Source of the DNA: the human T2T-CHM13v2.0 reference genome, Homo sapiens
Direction: 5' to 3' (one strand)
NCBI RefSeq assembly: GCF_009914755.1
Contig: NC_060937.1
Length of the DNA stretch: 64,000 nucleotides
How positions within the stretch are numbered: the stretch's first letter is position 1; each line of letters starts with the position of its first letter. The notes beneath the pieces were generated by a model. It was not told where the DNA came from. It made no database searches and was given only the letters and a program-made list of their open reading frames with translations. The position numbers were made by a program, and so were the translations under genes. Below, piece after piece: positions 1 through 14,184 of this stretch.

Positions 1-155
1 TGGCACATGCCTGTAATCCCAGCTACTCGGGAGGCTGAGGCAGGAGAATGTCTTGAACCCGGATCCAGGAGGCAGAGGGGTTGCAGTGAGCCAAGATCAC
101 ACCACTGCACTCTAGCTTGGCCAACAGAGCGAGACTGTCTCAAAAAAAAAAAAAA
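1..155 (+). mobile_element. Alu (AluS-type) right arm and poly(A), cut by the window start
   Basis: GCCTGTAATCCCAGCTACTCGGGAGGCTGAGGCAGGAGAAT...GAGACTGTCTC followed by A14; small insertion (GGATCCA) after TTGAACCC. Confidence 0.95.
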
Positions 156-900
156 GTTACTGCTAAATGTTGGAAAGAATATAGATGAATGAGAATCTCA
201 TCCACTGCTGGTAGGAGTGTTACCTGGTAGAGTCTCTTTGCAAAACAGTTTAGTCTTACCAGTAAGGGTAGAATTTGTGCATAGGATATGACCAGCTCTT
301 CCCCTCCTTGATACAACTCCTGGAAAATTTCCTGCACAAGCGCATTTAAGACATGTACAAAAATGTTCACAGCAGCATGATTCTGAGTAGTCAAGAACCA
401 GGAAAATTCAAGTGTTCACCAACTATAAAATGTACAAATAAATATTGATGTATTTATACTATATGTTCATAGCATGGTATGTAGTATAGCATAGAGTATA
501 TGTTATGTATATAGTATACATAAATAAATGAAAGCTGCAAGTGTCAACATGGATGAATCTTAAAATCTGTTGAGTGAAAGAAGCAAGCCATGTAAACACA
601 CATTCTATGATTTTATTTATGTAGGGCTCAACAAAAACAGTAATTGTTCAATGATACACATACATTAAAGATATACATATAAAGCAAAATTATGAAAAGA
701 AGTAATTAATGAATTTATCACAGTGATCATCCCTAGAGGGAAATAAGTGGTTATCAGGGAGAGGTACTCATGGGTTCTTTAATCTACTGATAACATTTCT
801 TTCTCTCTATATATTCTATATAAAAAGTAAATAAAATAATATGTTTTATATACTATTTGGCATGTATTATATAGCATATAATTAAAAATAAACAGTTTTA
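156..900 (+). mobile_element. Old L1 (L1ME/L1MC-type) 3' fragment
   Basis: AAATGTTGGAAAGAAT...CACTGCTGGTAGGAGTG...AAAATGTTCACAGCAGCAT...CAACATGGATGAATCT...TGTTGAGTGAAAGAAGC are typical L1M 3'-end motifs. Confidence 0.7.
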
Positions 901-1779
901 GACGAAACAAAAATATTGCCTGAAACGTAACTACTAATTTATCAAAAGCCTTTGCTCTTAGGATTTTCTTTGTAGCTTAGAGATAAATCCATAGAATATA
1001 GTGTCTTGCTGGTTTGTTACTTAAAATGAACCAGTATTTTAAAAGACATTTCACTGTTTAAGAATGGGGTCATGAGTTTCAAGGCTGCTTCTCTGATCAA
1101 GAAAAAAAAGTGAAGATAATAATTTGGCTTTGGTTCCATCCCACACTTAAGTTACTAAAGAACATTAGTCCGCACTCGGCCATCTGCCATGCAATGTGCA
1201 GCCAGGGCAGGGAAAGTAACTCGTGTGAATTCAGAAACTTATCTCTCTGACATTCTGGCCCAGAAAAGAGAACCAGAAATAGAGTACTACCCGTTGAGCC
1301 AACATTTTCCCACAGTCTGTCTCAAATTTCATAGCCCTTGTTAAGTAAGTTGATAATATCAGTCCTATTCCCAGTGAGCAAATGTTAATGTCATTTAAAT
1401 AGAATCTGAGGAAAGGATTTGATGAACCAAAAAGCTAACTGAAAGTATTGAGAGATCAAGAGTGGAGAATATATGAAGAAACACAAATTATTTGCTCTAC
1501 CATTTTGCAAATTGTCTAACCCTGTACTTAAGGGAGAGAAGGCAAAGAGGGTCTGACATCATTTTTTTTCCATTAAGCAGGTGCAAATCTCTCTGGTATG
1601 TCCATTTTATTTTCTTATTTCTCTGTTCTCTTTCCGGTTTTTTTGTTTTATTCTTCCCAGTTTTTTAAAAAACTCTTAATATTGTTAGCTCCAGATCCAT
1701 TCAGTAGGGACAAGTTAAGGTTAAAGATTAAGTAGGGTATTTGTTTTTTTCCTTTTGCTTCAAATACTGATTACTACAG

Positions 1780-1841
1780 GCTGGGTGTGAGAACAGATAG
1801 CTCAATTTTCATTGCTGCTTGCATCAGGACCTAGAAACAGA
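1780..1841 (+). other. Possible non-coding exon (62 bp)
   Basis: Pyrimidine tract, TACAG acceptor and AGA|GTAAGC donor; stops in all three frames. Confidence 0.2.
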
Positions 1842-2990
1842 GTAAGCAAATACATGGTCTAAATTGTGCCTCTTTGGTGGAAAGCCTTTATGTTAAATAT
1901 GTCTTGTTAAGTCTTAAGTAAATGTTAAGTAAATAAATCGCAGAACTTGAGGAAACAACAAAATGGGAAGTTAGTATGGTCCATTTTCACATCTTAAGTC
2001 CAGTCCCATGAACACAGCTTACAACTTTCTGTTTGGTCATGTAAGGGGATAAAAACATCCACATTGTAAATTCTAAAATATCATATTCTGTGACTTGGAG
2101 ATAAGATTTTTTGATATTCCAGTTCTAGGAGCAAAATGAATAATTCTGCATGATTGCTAAAAGGAATAGCAGATAAATTGTATAAATCATTATTTCTTTG
2201 AATGAGCTCTACTCACATTAAATAAAAAGTCACAGTAATTTCCTAGAGAAAAAAATTGGTATATATTGAAGTTTCCTGTAGTTGGAATTTTTGACCAACT
2301 TCCATGTGCATCTCCAAAACCGTATGCTAACCCAAAGAAGTGAAATTCAAGACATTGAGAAAGAGTGATGATCAGGGCGGGAAGATACATCTGCAAAAAT
2401 ATTTTCTACCATTGGCTTGAATATTTTACCAATAAAATATACTTACAGAGGACTACTGTTAAAATACAAATTACCTTGAACAAGTAAGACATTAGGTACC
2501 AAGACATATATAATAACAGTCCAGTGTGGCTATGGTTTTCAAAGTAAGGAGCCAAAGTGAGAAAAATGTGAATATGTCAGCATTCTACAAATATGGTAAG
2601 AGAGGAAATTAGTATAAATTACACCGAGAGCAATCCAGCTTGATATTTTGCTTTTAGATCCTTTGTTAGTCTTCTTGTAGGGTTTTCCATTTTAATAAAG
2701 GATCAAATTTTAAAGGGATTAAGTTCTTATGGGGAGGGGTCAGAATTTCAGGCTTCACCCAGTGGGTGAATGAGTTATCTGGAGGAACACTGAAGCATTT
2801 TTCATCCCTTTCAAAGTCACCCTAAGGAGACAGCTGCTTACCCCTGTTCTAGGGGATGATTATATTTTAGTGAAAGGGTGATTATAAGCTTGAGGCTCAC
2901 TATCTTTTGAAGCATGTAAACAAGTTCTAAGGCAGTTTCCAAAAGCGGAGTTCAAAGTTCAAATAGGTAGTTAGCTCCCTGATGTAAATA

Positions 2991-3069
2991 TTAGGCTGGT
3001 GCAAAAGCAACTGCAGTTTTGCCATTACTTTTAATGGCAAAAACTGCAGTTGCTTTTGCACCAGCCTAA
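2991..3069. mobile_element. MADE1 MITE (Hsmar1-derived, miR-548-type hairpin)
   Basis: TTAGGCTGGTGCAAAAG...CTTTTGCACCAGCCTAA, a 79-bp palindrome with TA target duplication on both sides. Confidence 0.95.
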
Positions 3070-3193
3070 TACTTTGAAGCACAGCACACATTTTTATGTT
3101 TGCTCTGGTGTATCTGATAATAGTCTCATTTAAATATTTCTCCCACTTAGGAAGCTTGCCTCATGGAAACAAGGAGTAGGAAGAGCACTGAGT

Positions 3194-4584
3194 ATGTGTT
3201 GTTTTTTTTTTAATACTTTAAGTTCTGGGGTACATGTGCAGAATGTGCAGGTTTGTTATATAGGTATACACGCACCCATCAACCCATGGTATACATTAGG
3301 TATTTCTCCTAATGCTATCCCTTCTCTAGCCCCCCATCCGCCGACAGGCCCCGGTGTGTGATGTTCCCCTCCCTGTGTCCATGTGTTCTCATTGTTCAAC
3401 TCCCAGTTAGGAGTGAGAACATGTGGTGTTTGGTTTTCTGTTTTTGTGTTAGTTTGCTGAGAATGACAGTTTCCAGCTTCATCCGCATTCCTGCAAAGGA
3501 CATGAAGTCATTCTTTTTTTATGGCTGCATATTATTCCATGGTGTATATGTGCCACATTTTCTTTATCCAGTCTATCATTGATGTGGATTTAAGTTGGTT
3601 CCAAGTCTTTGCTATTGTGAACTGTGCTGCAGTAAACAGGTGTGCATGTGTCTTTACAGTGTAATGATATATAATCCTTTGGATATATACCCAGTAATGG
3701 GATTGCTGGAATGAAATTGTGGTTCTAGATCCTTGAGGAATCGCCACACTGTCTTCCACAATGGTTGAACTAATTTACACTCCCATCAACAGTGTAAAAG
3801 TGTTCCTATTTCTCCACATCCTCTCCAGCACCTGTTGTTTCCTGACTTTTTAATGATCACCATTCTAACTGGTGTGAGATGGTATCTCATTGTGGTTTTG
3901 ATTTGCATTTCTCTAATGACCAGTGATGATGAGCTTTTTTTCATATGTTGGCTACATGTCTTCTTTTGAGAAGTGTCTGTTCATATCCTTTGCCCAATTT
4001 TTGATGGGGTTGTTTGTTTTTTCTTGTAAATTTGTTTAAGTTCTTTGTAGATTCTGGCTATTAGCCCTTTGTCAGATAGATAGATTGCAAAAAATTTCTC
4101 CCATTCTGTAGGTTGCCTGTTTACTCTGATGGTAGTTAATTAGATCCCATTTGTCAACTTTGACTTTTGTTGTCATTGCTTTTGGTGTTTTAGTAATGAA
4201 GTCTTTGCCCATGCTTTTGTCCTCAATAGTACCGCCTAGGTTTTCTTTTAGGGTTTTTATGATTTTAGGTCTTACATTTAAGTCTTTAATCTATCTTGAG
4301 TTAATTTTTGTAAAAGCTGTAAGGAAGGCATCCAGTTTCAGTTTTCTGCATATGGCTAGCCGGTTTTCCCAACACTATTTATTAAATAGGAAATCCTTTC
4401 CCCATTGTTTGTTTTTGTCAGGTTTGTCAAAGATCAGATGGTTATAGGTGTGTGGTGTTATTTCTGAAGCCTCTGTTCTGTTCCATTGGTCTATATATCT
4501 GTTTTGGTACTGGAACCATCCTGTTTTGGTTACTGTAGCCTTGTAGTATAGTTTGAAGTCAGGTAGCATGATGCCTCCAGCTTT
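3194..4584 (-). mobile_element. 5'-truncated L1PA (L1PA7/8-like): ORF2 C-terminus, 3'UTR and poly(A)
   Basis: TTTAAGTTCTGGGGTACATGTGCAGAATGTGCAGG 3' end; minus frame reads [21 protein letters not shown]...[14 protein letters not shown] (L1 ORF2). Confidence 0.93.
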
Positions 4585-4585
4585 A

Positions 4586-5009
<424 letters not shown>

Positions 5010-5019
5010 TGAAAGTGGC

Positions 5020-5261
5020 TCTCCACCTTTTAGCTGTGTTCCCCACATACTCTTTTCTCTATGTGCATGCATCCCTTGGTGTCCCTTTCTCTTCTTATAA
5101 GGATGCCAGCCATACTGGATTAGGTCCTATTCTTATTACCTCATTCAATCTTACCTACCTCTTTACAGACCCTATCTCTTTAAATAGAGTTATGTCCTAA
5201 GCTACTGGGGTTTAGAATTTCACCATAAAAATTTTGAGGGCACACAATTCAGACCATAACA
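5020..5261 (-). mobile_element. MaLR LTR fragment (MLT1B/C-like)
   Basis: Reverse complement starts TGTTATGGTCTGAATTGTGTGCCCTCAAAAT and contains CCTAATCCAGTATGGCTGGCATCCTTATAAGAAGAG. Confidence 0.8.
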
Positions 5262-5269
5262 GTATATAA

Positions 5270-5720
5270 CAGGTGGCTCACAGAAAAGGAAACCTGTATG
5301 ATCATTAAATACATGAAAGAATATACATTTAAAAAATCACAATAAAATGCCATTTCATATGTATCAGTTTGACTTATTTTGGAGGAATATAGGGTGAAGA
5401 AACCCAAAGGAACAACTGAGAAGTATAAATCGGTACAACCACTTTGCAGAGTAATTTTGCAATCTCTAGTAAAGTTGATATTTTCAATAATCCAGAAATT
5501 TTACTTCTAGATATATATTCAGAGCCTAAACAAATATTTTTATTTTAGTGTACATGTCAATATATATACAGATGTTCACTGCAGTGCTGTTTTTAAGAGC
5601 AAAATTAGAAGCAGCTTAAGTAGCCAAGAAAAAAGGAAATAAAGTGTAACCCTTTAGTGGAATGAACCAGATCCATATGTATTTATGTGGCTAAGTCTCA
5701 AAAGCAAAATTCTGTGTGAA
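5270..5720 (+). mobile_element. Old L1 (L1ME-type) 3' fragment
   Basis: GTATAAATCGGTACAACCACTTTG...GCAATCTCTAGTAAAGTTG...GATGTTCACTGCAGTGCTGTTT. Confidence 0.65.
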
Positions 5721-5789
5721 ACAAAGACTATTTTAGATGGGAAGAAAAGTGGCTTTCACACTTATTGGCTGGTTCACTTTGATTTAGTC

Positions 5790-5985
5790 TCAGAGCCTAT
5801 TGAAGCCTCAGTTTTTGTACTAGTAAAATGAGAATAATAATACCTATTGTGTGGGGTTGTTCTAAAATTTATTAGAAAGAACTTTGAGATAATGCAATGG
5901 TTGTGATAGACAAGATTCTAATATTTAAGGAAAAATAAAAAACACAGTACCTTGCTCAGAATAGGCAAACAATGAATGCAATATT
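5790..5985 (+). mobile_element. MIR
   Basis: Core GCCTCAGTTT...GTAAAATGAGAATAATAATACCTA. Confidence 0.65.
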
Positions 5986-6149
5986 GGCACATGTGAGGTC
6001 AACGCAGACCAATTGTTGGGAACCTTCAAATAATTGTTAGAAAAATATGTTAATAAAATACTTTTCATTGATGTTGTCTTCAACTAAAATGCAATGTTAA
6101 GGAGGAATAGAGTCTTCCTTAAGGAAATCCTCAATCCCATCTGTATTTT

Positions 6150-6214
6150 TATATACATATATATATATAATATATATATGTATGTATGTGTGTGTGTGTA
6201 TATATATGTATATG
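6150..6214. repeat. Compound (TA)n/(TG)n microsatellite
   Basis: Direct reading. Confidence 0.9.
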
Positions 6215-6861
6215 CTGCTTGTTGGTACTTTTCATTATTGTTGTAACATTGATGCCATTTTTGTTTGCTGAACTGGGTTTTTTGTAATTATTTTTCTCAT
6301 AATGAAGCACATGTATAATTCCATGTTGCCTTAAGAACTATAAGATATGTCTAAGAACACTGCATGGGTGGCCACCATTGGTAGTTCACCATTTAACCTA
6401 GTCCTGTTAGCTACTTTTTAAATGATGAGAAGCTTTTGCTTAATTATACTCAGATGCATATCATAGATGATAAGTAAAGTAAAATTGATGGCAAAGATGG
6501 TATTTCACAGGAGTTGAGTTCTATCAAAACTTTTCACTGTTTTGTTGAAACCTATTCTCTTCCTCACCTGCTCCTAATTCAGCTCAGATCCGAAATTAAT
6601 TGAAATCCATTTCTAGGTTTCTTCAGTACTTTTGAAATAAATACTCAGTACTTATCTGGATAAGTTCTACAGCAAATGTCTACTCCTGAAGTGACTGCAG
6701 TGCTATATATGGTCCTCCTGAAGGAACTCGGCTGCTACAAATACCAGCTTTTCTCACCAGATGGTGTTGCTATCAAGCATAGCCTTCCTCTGCCTGAGAC
6801 TTTGCTGGTCCTCACTGGAGTAAGGTCTCTGTGGCCCTATGAGAGACTGACATATACAAAC

Positions 6862-7378
6862 TGAGAATGGTCAGAACATATAAGAAATCGAGCTCTGACC
6901 TACAATCTGCAGCAACCAGCCTAGAACTCAATTATTTACAGTTACCAGCCCAGAACACCAGCCTATCTATAAGTCAGACTTTCAGGAAGTCAGACCAGTA
7001 TGTCCAGCAACCAGCCTAGAAACCTAAACAATAGCCCCTGCAACAATCAGCTACAGATGCCCAGGACTTGATTAGTAACATCTTTTCTTATTTTTGTCTC
7101 TGCATTCAACTTCAGACCAACCCAAGAAAACTTAATATACACCCCTAACCAATTACAGAGGGTGCTTTGCTTCTAGTCAGCCCGCCTAAAGCTTTCCCAT
7201 GCCAATAGCCTCCAGTCAGGGCACACCTGAAGCCTTCTCTTTTTTCCCCACTACAATGCTTTTCCACTCCTTTGAATTTCTGTTTACAGACAAATGATGG
7301 TGGCTAACTCCCTCCCTATAGCTCTGAATAAATAGCCTTTATCTGTTCTCATTTGCTTGGTCTTTATTTATTTCCATG
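6862..7378 (+). mobile_element. ERV-type solo LTR, family not identified
   Basis: TG start, internal repeats of CAGCAACCAGCCTAGAA, CCAAT boxes, AATAAA near the 3' end, about 520 bp. Confidence 0.7.
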
Positions 7379-7958
7379 CCTGGCTCCTGGCACAGGTCAG
7401 CATGGTTTGTGAGGCTGATTCTTCCATAAGTGTCATACCTGATGAAAGATACCACTTCTCAGGGCCAGGGATTGCTTCCTCAGTCTGAAGTTTTAGGACC
7501 CAGGTTGGCTACTCCTTTCTAGCTCTGGTCATGCACTCAGAGATCAGGCTGCATTCAACCTGCTGGAATACAAAGAGCTAGTTCTGTCTTTCCTTGTCAC
7601 ACTGGATTGCCTACTGGGCAAGGCCTAGATGTCAGACACCACATGCCTCTTTAGATGGGGCTTGGAATACCCTCTGCTCCCCACAACACAGTGAAAATGC
7701 TCTTTTAAAAAAAAAAAGTAGGGAAAATTGAAGTGCAATTGAAATGTTTGGCATATCCTCTTATCTAAATTAATCAAACTTCGTTTCACTGGCATTCAAA
7801 CAGCTTCTTCGAAAGTCACCTGAATGTTTTAGTCAGATAGATAATTAGCGTCTGAAAGGCTCAAGTTAATCTTTCCTATCATTGAAAATCCTATTATGAA
7901 ATACTCAGAACTGAACAATTGGTATTGCCTTTAATATATTACCTGGTATATGACAAGA

Positions 7959-8030
7959 TACATATATATACATATATATGCGCATACGTGTGTGTATGTG
8001 TGTGTATGTGTGTGTGTATGTGTATATATA
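7959..8030. repeat. (TA)n/(TG)n microsatellite at an Alu tail
   Basis: Direct reading; abuts the AluJ tail. Confidence 0.9.
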
Positions 8031-8311
8031 TTTGTTTTGAGACTGTCTTGCTCTGTCACCCAGGCTGGAGCGCAGTGTCATAGCTCATTGTATCCTCAAA
8101 CTCGGCTCAAGGGATCCCCCCATCTCAGCCTCCTGAGTAGTTGGGACTATAGGCACATGCCACCGTGCCCAGCTATTTTTATATATTTATTTGTAAAGAC
8201 AGGGTCTCACTATGTTTCGTAGGCTAGCCCTGAACTCCTGGACTCAAGTGATCCTCCTGCCTCAGCCTCCAAAAGTGTTGGGATTACCAGTATGAGTCAC
8301 GGTGCCCAGCC
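8031..8311 (-). mobile_element. AluJ
   Basis: J-type motifs GGGTCTCACTATGTT and CTCCTGGACTCAAGTGATCCTCC. Confidence 0.9.
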
Positions 8312-8609
8312 TAGGTAACATTTGTACATATCTTAATGACAGCTCCTTCAGCCTCACTACTACCCTGCCATGAGCCCCAGTTTATCTCTTGTGGCTATCT
8401 TTAATTTTCAGAGCCTGAAAAACACTAGCTCATTGTTTTATGGTAAAAAAAAAAGTTTTTCAGGGGCAAATATGTGCTTCATTTATGGTAAATTTGTGTT
8501 CTCCAACTTTATTTACTTAATGTATTTCTTGTTCTTCTGCATATACAATGTCTTATCATTTCAAGGCTGCTTTGTAGTGTAATCTCTATGCAAACATGTT
8601 AAGTAAAGC

Positions 8610-8836
8610 AAATTAAGATGCACCATGTATTGTGCAGTCAGTGCAAATAGCCTAGGTGACAATCTGATGAATGGATAGATGTCTTCCACCTTGGGCCAAC
8701 TTCACATATTTGTAAGGGAAGACAATGTTGTCACAGCTTCTCTGGAGTTTTCCTTTGATATTGATTGTAAGACATATCGATTTCAGAAACACCAAATTGC
8801 AGGAAAAAAATGCATCTTAGCATTGAGAAATATGGT
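8610..8836 (-). mobile_element. TcMar-Tc2 DNA transposon fragment (MER104/Kanga-like)
   Basis: Reverse complement CCATATTTCTCAATGCTAAGATGCATTTTT...CTGAAATCGATATGTCTTACAATCAAT resembles the MER104 terminus. Confidence 0.55.
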
Positions 8837-8879
8837 CATTATAAAATGACAAAGTCTCATCCTTTCCCAGTTCAGAAGC

Positions 8880-9940
<1,061 letters not shown>

Positions 9941-10013
9941 CATTAAAGGAATAGAACTCTAGACATGGAAGGCTAGAGGGCTGTGTCAACAAGCAGGGCC
10001 TCAAGCCTCAGGC

Positions 10014-10035
10014 TGAGAGAGAGAGAGAGAGAGAG
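10014..10035. repeat. (GA)n microsatellite
   Basis: Direct reading. Confidence 0.9.
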
Positions 10036-10049
10036 GTGTATCCAGTAGG

Positions 10050-10265
10050 ACAGTATTTCATTGTAGAAGGAATATTGGCTGGGGACCGTGAGGTCTGACT
10101 TCAGGTCTCGGCTTTGCCATGTAATAGCTGCATTAACTTGAGTGTGTTCTTAACTTCCCTGTGATTCTTTATCTTTGTAAGAGAATAATAATACCTACCT
10201 CACTTACTAATTATTGCAAAGCTTGTATGAGACTGATATATGTAGAATTCCCATGCAAAGTTAAG
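10050..10265 (+). mobile_element. MIR
   Basis: GGCTTTGCCAT...TAACTTCCCTGTG...GAATAATAATACCTACCTCA. Confidence 0.7.
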
Positions 10266-10801
10266 TAATTATTCAGATATGGAGGTAAGGATCCAGTCAT
10301 AGGAAAAGTTTCAAGGCATGGGCTTTGTCACAGCTGCTGAAAAAAGGCCAAGTACTAGTCCTGGTTACAGGACTAGAGCCTGACTGGCTGTAGATGTGAC
10401 TAACCATGAGTTTCTAGAGTTGTTGAGTTTTCTACTGCTAGAGACAGAAAGTGTCTCTTAGTTTAGTTGGGGAGGAGAGCATCCATAGGGGGTCTCAGGG
10501 CTCTGCCTATAGGTTTGAGGTGACCTCAGAGAGAGGGATTCCAAAGCTCTCTTGCCACTCTTCTCTCATCTCCATAGTCTCAGGATTTCTTCTTTTAAAG
10601 CCCCTTTAATGCTATAAATTTCTTCTATAGGAGCAGAAAGTCATTCACAATGTAAATAAACAGTTGGAAGAATGTTTGCCTTATAACAGATGGTCAGTCT
10701 TAAATTAATGAAACTTTGTAAAATTTCAGGCATTATCCAATGAACGGGGAGGCATTTGGGAATAATTTTCTTCATGTGCCTCATCTCTATAGATTAGTGC
10801 T

Positions 10802-11205
10802 TGTGGAAGAGGTGGCTCACTGTCCTTTGGAGTATATATCTCCTTTTCCAAGGTGTAGAGGGCAAGGGCAGTGGCTGCCCATCCAAGACTTCATGTCTGA
10901 GTCCTCTTGCCTCTAGGTAGGTCCCATGTGTGATGTGTGTTACTTCCTGGACAATGTGATCAGTGCTGTGTCTTCTTCATGCTCCCTATGTCCTCCTCCT
11001 GCTGAAGGCAGAAGATGACACAGTTCTAAAGGGTAGCAGAGCCGCAGAATGGATGAGGCCTGAGTCTTGACGGCTCATGTAACAGGAAGCTCTCTGTTCT
11101 CCTGGAACACCTGCCCTGAACTATTAGATGAGTGAGAAATAAACTATTGTGTTGAACCACTGAATTTTAGAGTTTGTTTAAGACCACTAGTTTTGTAACT
11201 GACAC
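10802..11205 (+). mobile_element. MaLR LTR (MLT1J-like)
   Basis: TG...CA ends; 3' motif GAGTGAGAAATAAACTATTGTGTTGAACCACTGA. Confidence 0.7.
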
Positions 11206-12919
11206 AGAAAACAATTTCTGGGATTAAAATTGAACACAGGAAGCAATTTTGTCTGCCTTATTTTATCATAATTAAGCATATTGTGACATGTAAGTTATTT
11301 ACTGTTCAAACAGGTAAGCACAAGTTATATGATCTAAATATTAGTGATGGGGTTAATAAACAAATGTTATAATATCTATTAGCATTAGCAGAATAAATTT
11401 TTCTATATGTAAATCAGTTTGGAGTCTATTTTTCCCTATCTTCTAAGATGACTAAACTGCCAAAGTTGAATTATGAAAACCTGCAAAGCAAGTTAAAGGC
11501 TGTAATCTTTGTATCCTTCAGCCAATGATGATTTATTTTTATTTTTGACATTGCATCTTCCTGCTCTTTTTTATCTTTGTCTGCCTTATTGTTTCTAATA
11601 TACTTTGAGAGTAAGCCAGAAGGTGGTAAAAGCCTATGTTTCTCCAAGTCACGGAAACAGCTGACATCCTGTCTCTCTCTATTAATGAGTAATAGACAGG
11701 TGGATATTTACCAGTGGCTCCAGCTGAATTACGACAAGACCCATCATGAGCCAGGCTGGGAGGCTTGTCTACTGTGTGAGTAAGGGTAGCTCAGTAGAAC
11801 AACTCCTGAGTTTCTCAGCAAGTGGGGACAAGTCCAACATTGCTGGCTCTGGCTAAATAGTCATAACAGTTGTTTTTGTAAAGGGCACTACAATTATCCT
11901 CTCTGCTGATGTTTGTTCTGTAGGAAATCTCTGTTAGGTCTTTTGTAGGTGAAGCTAAAACACACACTTTCAAAAAATTGCTGAGGATTAACCACAGCAT
12001 TAGAATTCAGTGTTCCTGAGAACCCTACATGTTATTGAGGCCCCTGACAAAATACTGGCTTTTACATATAGAAGCACCAACTAATGATTTCAGGGCAAAA
12101 GGAAGCGCTTTCTTAGTGACCCAGCTTGTTAAAGTGTTACCTGGGTAAAATCTGTATATGGTAACCTTAGTTCAGAAAGCTTCTAGGATTTACAGGGATT
12201 ATCTCATTCATTTTTCCAACAAACCTTTCGTTGAGCAAGTGTGAAATATTACCCCTTCAGAAAAGTGGTGTAGACAAAGTACATAGTTGGCTGAAGATGT
12301 TATTCACAACCAATGTTTTCTTTAACTTTTCTGGGGTTATGTCTCATCTACATGACTGAATGTATGAATGAAAGAGGTGAGGTTTGGAATGACTGAGGGA
12401 ATCTTAGAGCAGGCCATTCTATTATGCAGACTCTACTAAGCATTAAGAAAGTACAGATTTTGCAACTCCTATATAACTCTTATTATAGGCAATTTCTTAA
12501 ATACAGTCAACCTTGATTGCAAATGTTTATTTTGCACATCATCAGTCTAATGTATTTAATAAATGATAGCAAAAATCCCTTGCATTACAAGAAGGGAACT
12601 CACTAACTCCATAAACATCCACAACTTACCAATGGTTGTAGTTAAACAGGTGAAAATAGTTGTTGGGGATCAAAGAATATAGTGATAAAAATGATTATAA
12701 TATGTTGAGAAATATATAGAAAAATGAGTTGACAAGGAAATTGAGGGAAAACAAGAACAACACCCAGGCTACATACATGTCTACTACATTTGATGGCCTA
12801 ATGGTCAGAACCCTTGTTGACCTGGCTTATAGGAGAAGAGATGGGGCCGATGCTAGGGTAATGGAGCAATTGAGCCTTTTCAGTTTGGATTTTTGTATAG
12901 AATATTTCACAAGAGAGGC

Positions 12920-13065
12920 ATCTGTTATAGTGCAAAACCATGAGCTTTAACTTCACTCAAGCTTGTGTTTATATATCTGGCTTTGTCAGTCAACAGTTCT
13001 GTGAGTTTGGATTTCGCCTCTCATTGCCACAGTTTCCCTATTAACAAAATGGGTTACCTCTATCC
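12920..13065 (+). mobile_element. MIR fragment
   Basis: CTGGCTTTGTCA...CAGTTTCCCTATTAACAAAATGGG. Confidence 0.5.
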
Positions 13066-13740
13066 TTTTTGTAAGTTACTCTTACACTAATTATTATTTT
13101 ATTGCATTTAGTTACATTGTTTGACGAGCTATTTGAGAGCAAAGTATCTTAGAAGATGAATTATCTGAGAGAAATTTTTTTTCTTGTTTAATGATTGTTT
13201 TTAAAGACTTTTAACATATCAAGTACCATTATTCTCATATTTACTCAACTTTAATAAGAATGTTACATATACATCCATTATGTAACAAATTATGTGAAAT
13301 ATATGATTTGGGGATTCTGTAGTGGTTACTGAATTATAGTCACTCACAACTCATTAGCACAGCCTTGATCCCATGCTTAATGGATGGAGTTCATAAAGTA
13401 ATGTGAAACAGTAATATTGGAGGTAGAGTGTAGATGAACTTTGTATTAATATGGAATAATTTAATTTGCATGACTCTTCCATAAATAAAGAGATGGATAT
13501 CATCTACAAATTTATATATAGCACAAATCTATTTCAATAGAGATCACAGCTGTCTCTTGCATGCAGTAGTTATAAATATCACATGAGACAGCTGTTTAGT
13601 AAACAAATGGTGCTTTATATTGAATTAGAGTGTCAAAATCGAACTTCTTATTTCTAATGGTTTCTTAATAGTTGAAACTTAGTATACATCAGTAAGATGT
13701 TTATGTATAACTGTCAGGAAAAATGTAGTTTGGGACACTC

Positions 13741-14140
13741 TTTTTTCCATTTTAATTTTTCTATTTCATCAGCTTTAGGGGGACAAGTGGTTTTATGTTT
13801 ACATGAATAAATTGTACAATTAGTAAAGTCTGGGATTTTAATGTACCCATCACTGAATAGTGTACATTGTACCAAATAGGTATTTTTTTTCATCCCTCAT
13901 CCCCTTCTCACCCTCCCTACTTCCGAGTCTCCAATGTCCATGAAACTACTCTGTATGCCTTTGTGTACCCATAACTTAGTTCCTGCTTGTAAGTGAGAAC
14001 CACAGTATTTAGTTGTCTGTTCCTGAGTTACTTAGAATAATGGCCTCCAGCTCCATCCAAGTTGATGCAAAAGATATTTCATATTCTTTTTTTTAATGGC
14101 TGAGTAGTATTCCATGGTGTATATACGTATACCACATTTC
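13741..14140 (-). mobile_element. L1PB 3' end, 5'-truncated
   Basis: GCTTTAGGGGGACAAGTGGTTTT...GTACCCATCAC...GAGTCTCCAATGTCCAT; approximate TSD GGACACT(C/A)TTT. Confidence 0.85.
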
Positions 14141-14184
14141 AGGACACTATTTCTTAACCTTCTCTTCTGATTGAAAGTTTTTTT

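Noticed and set aside
1160-1345. Open frame SAMQCAARAGKVTRVNSETYLSDILAQ as a possible catalytic-loop exon
   Set aside because: No proper HCxxGxxR motif and no clear acceptor.
10355-10376. Perfect 9-bp hairpin CTAGTCCTG-GTTA-CAGGACTAG
   Set aside because: A couple of such stems are expected by chance in 64 kb.
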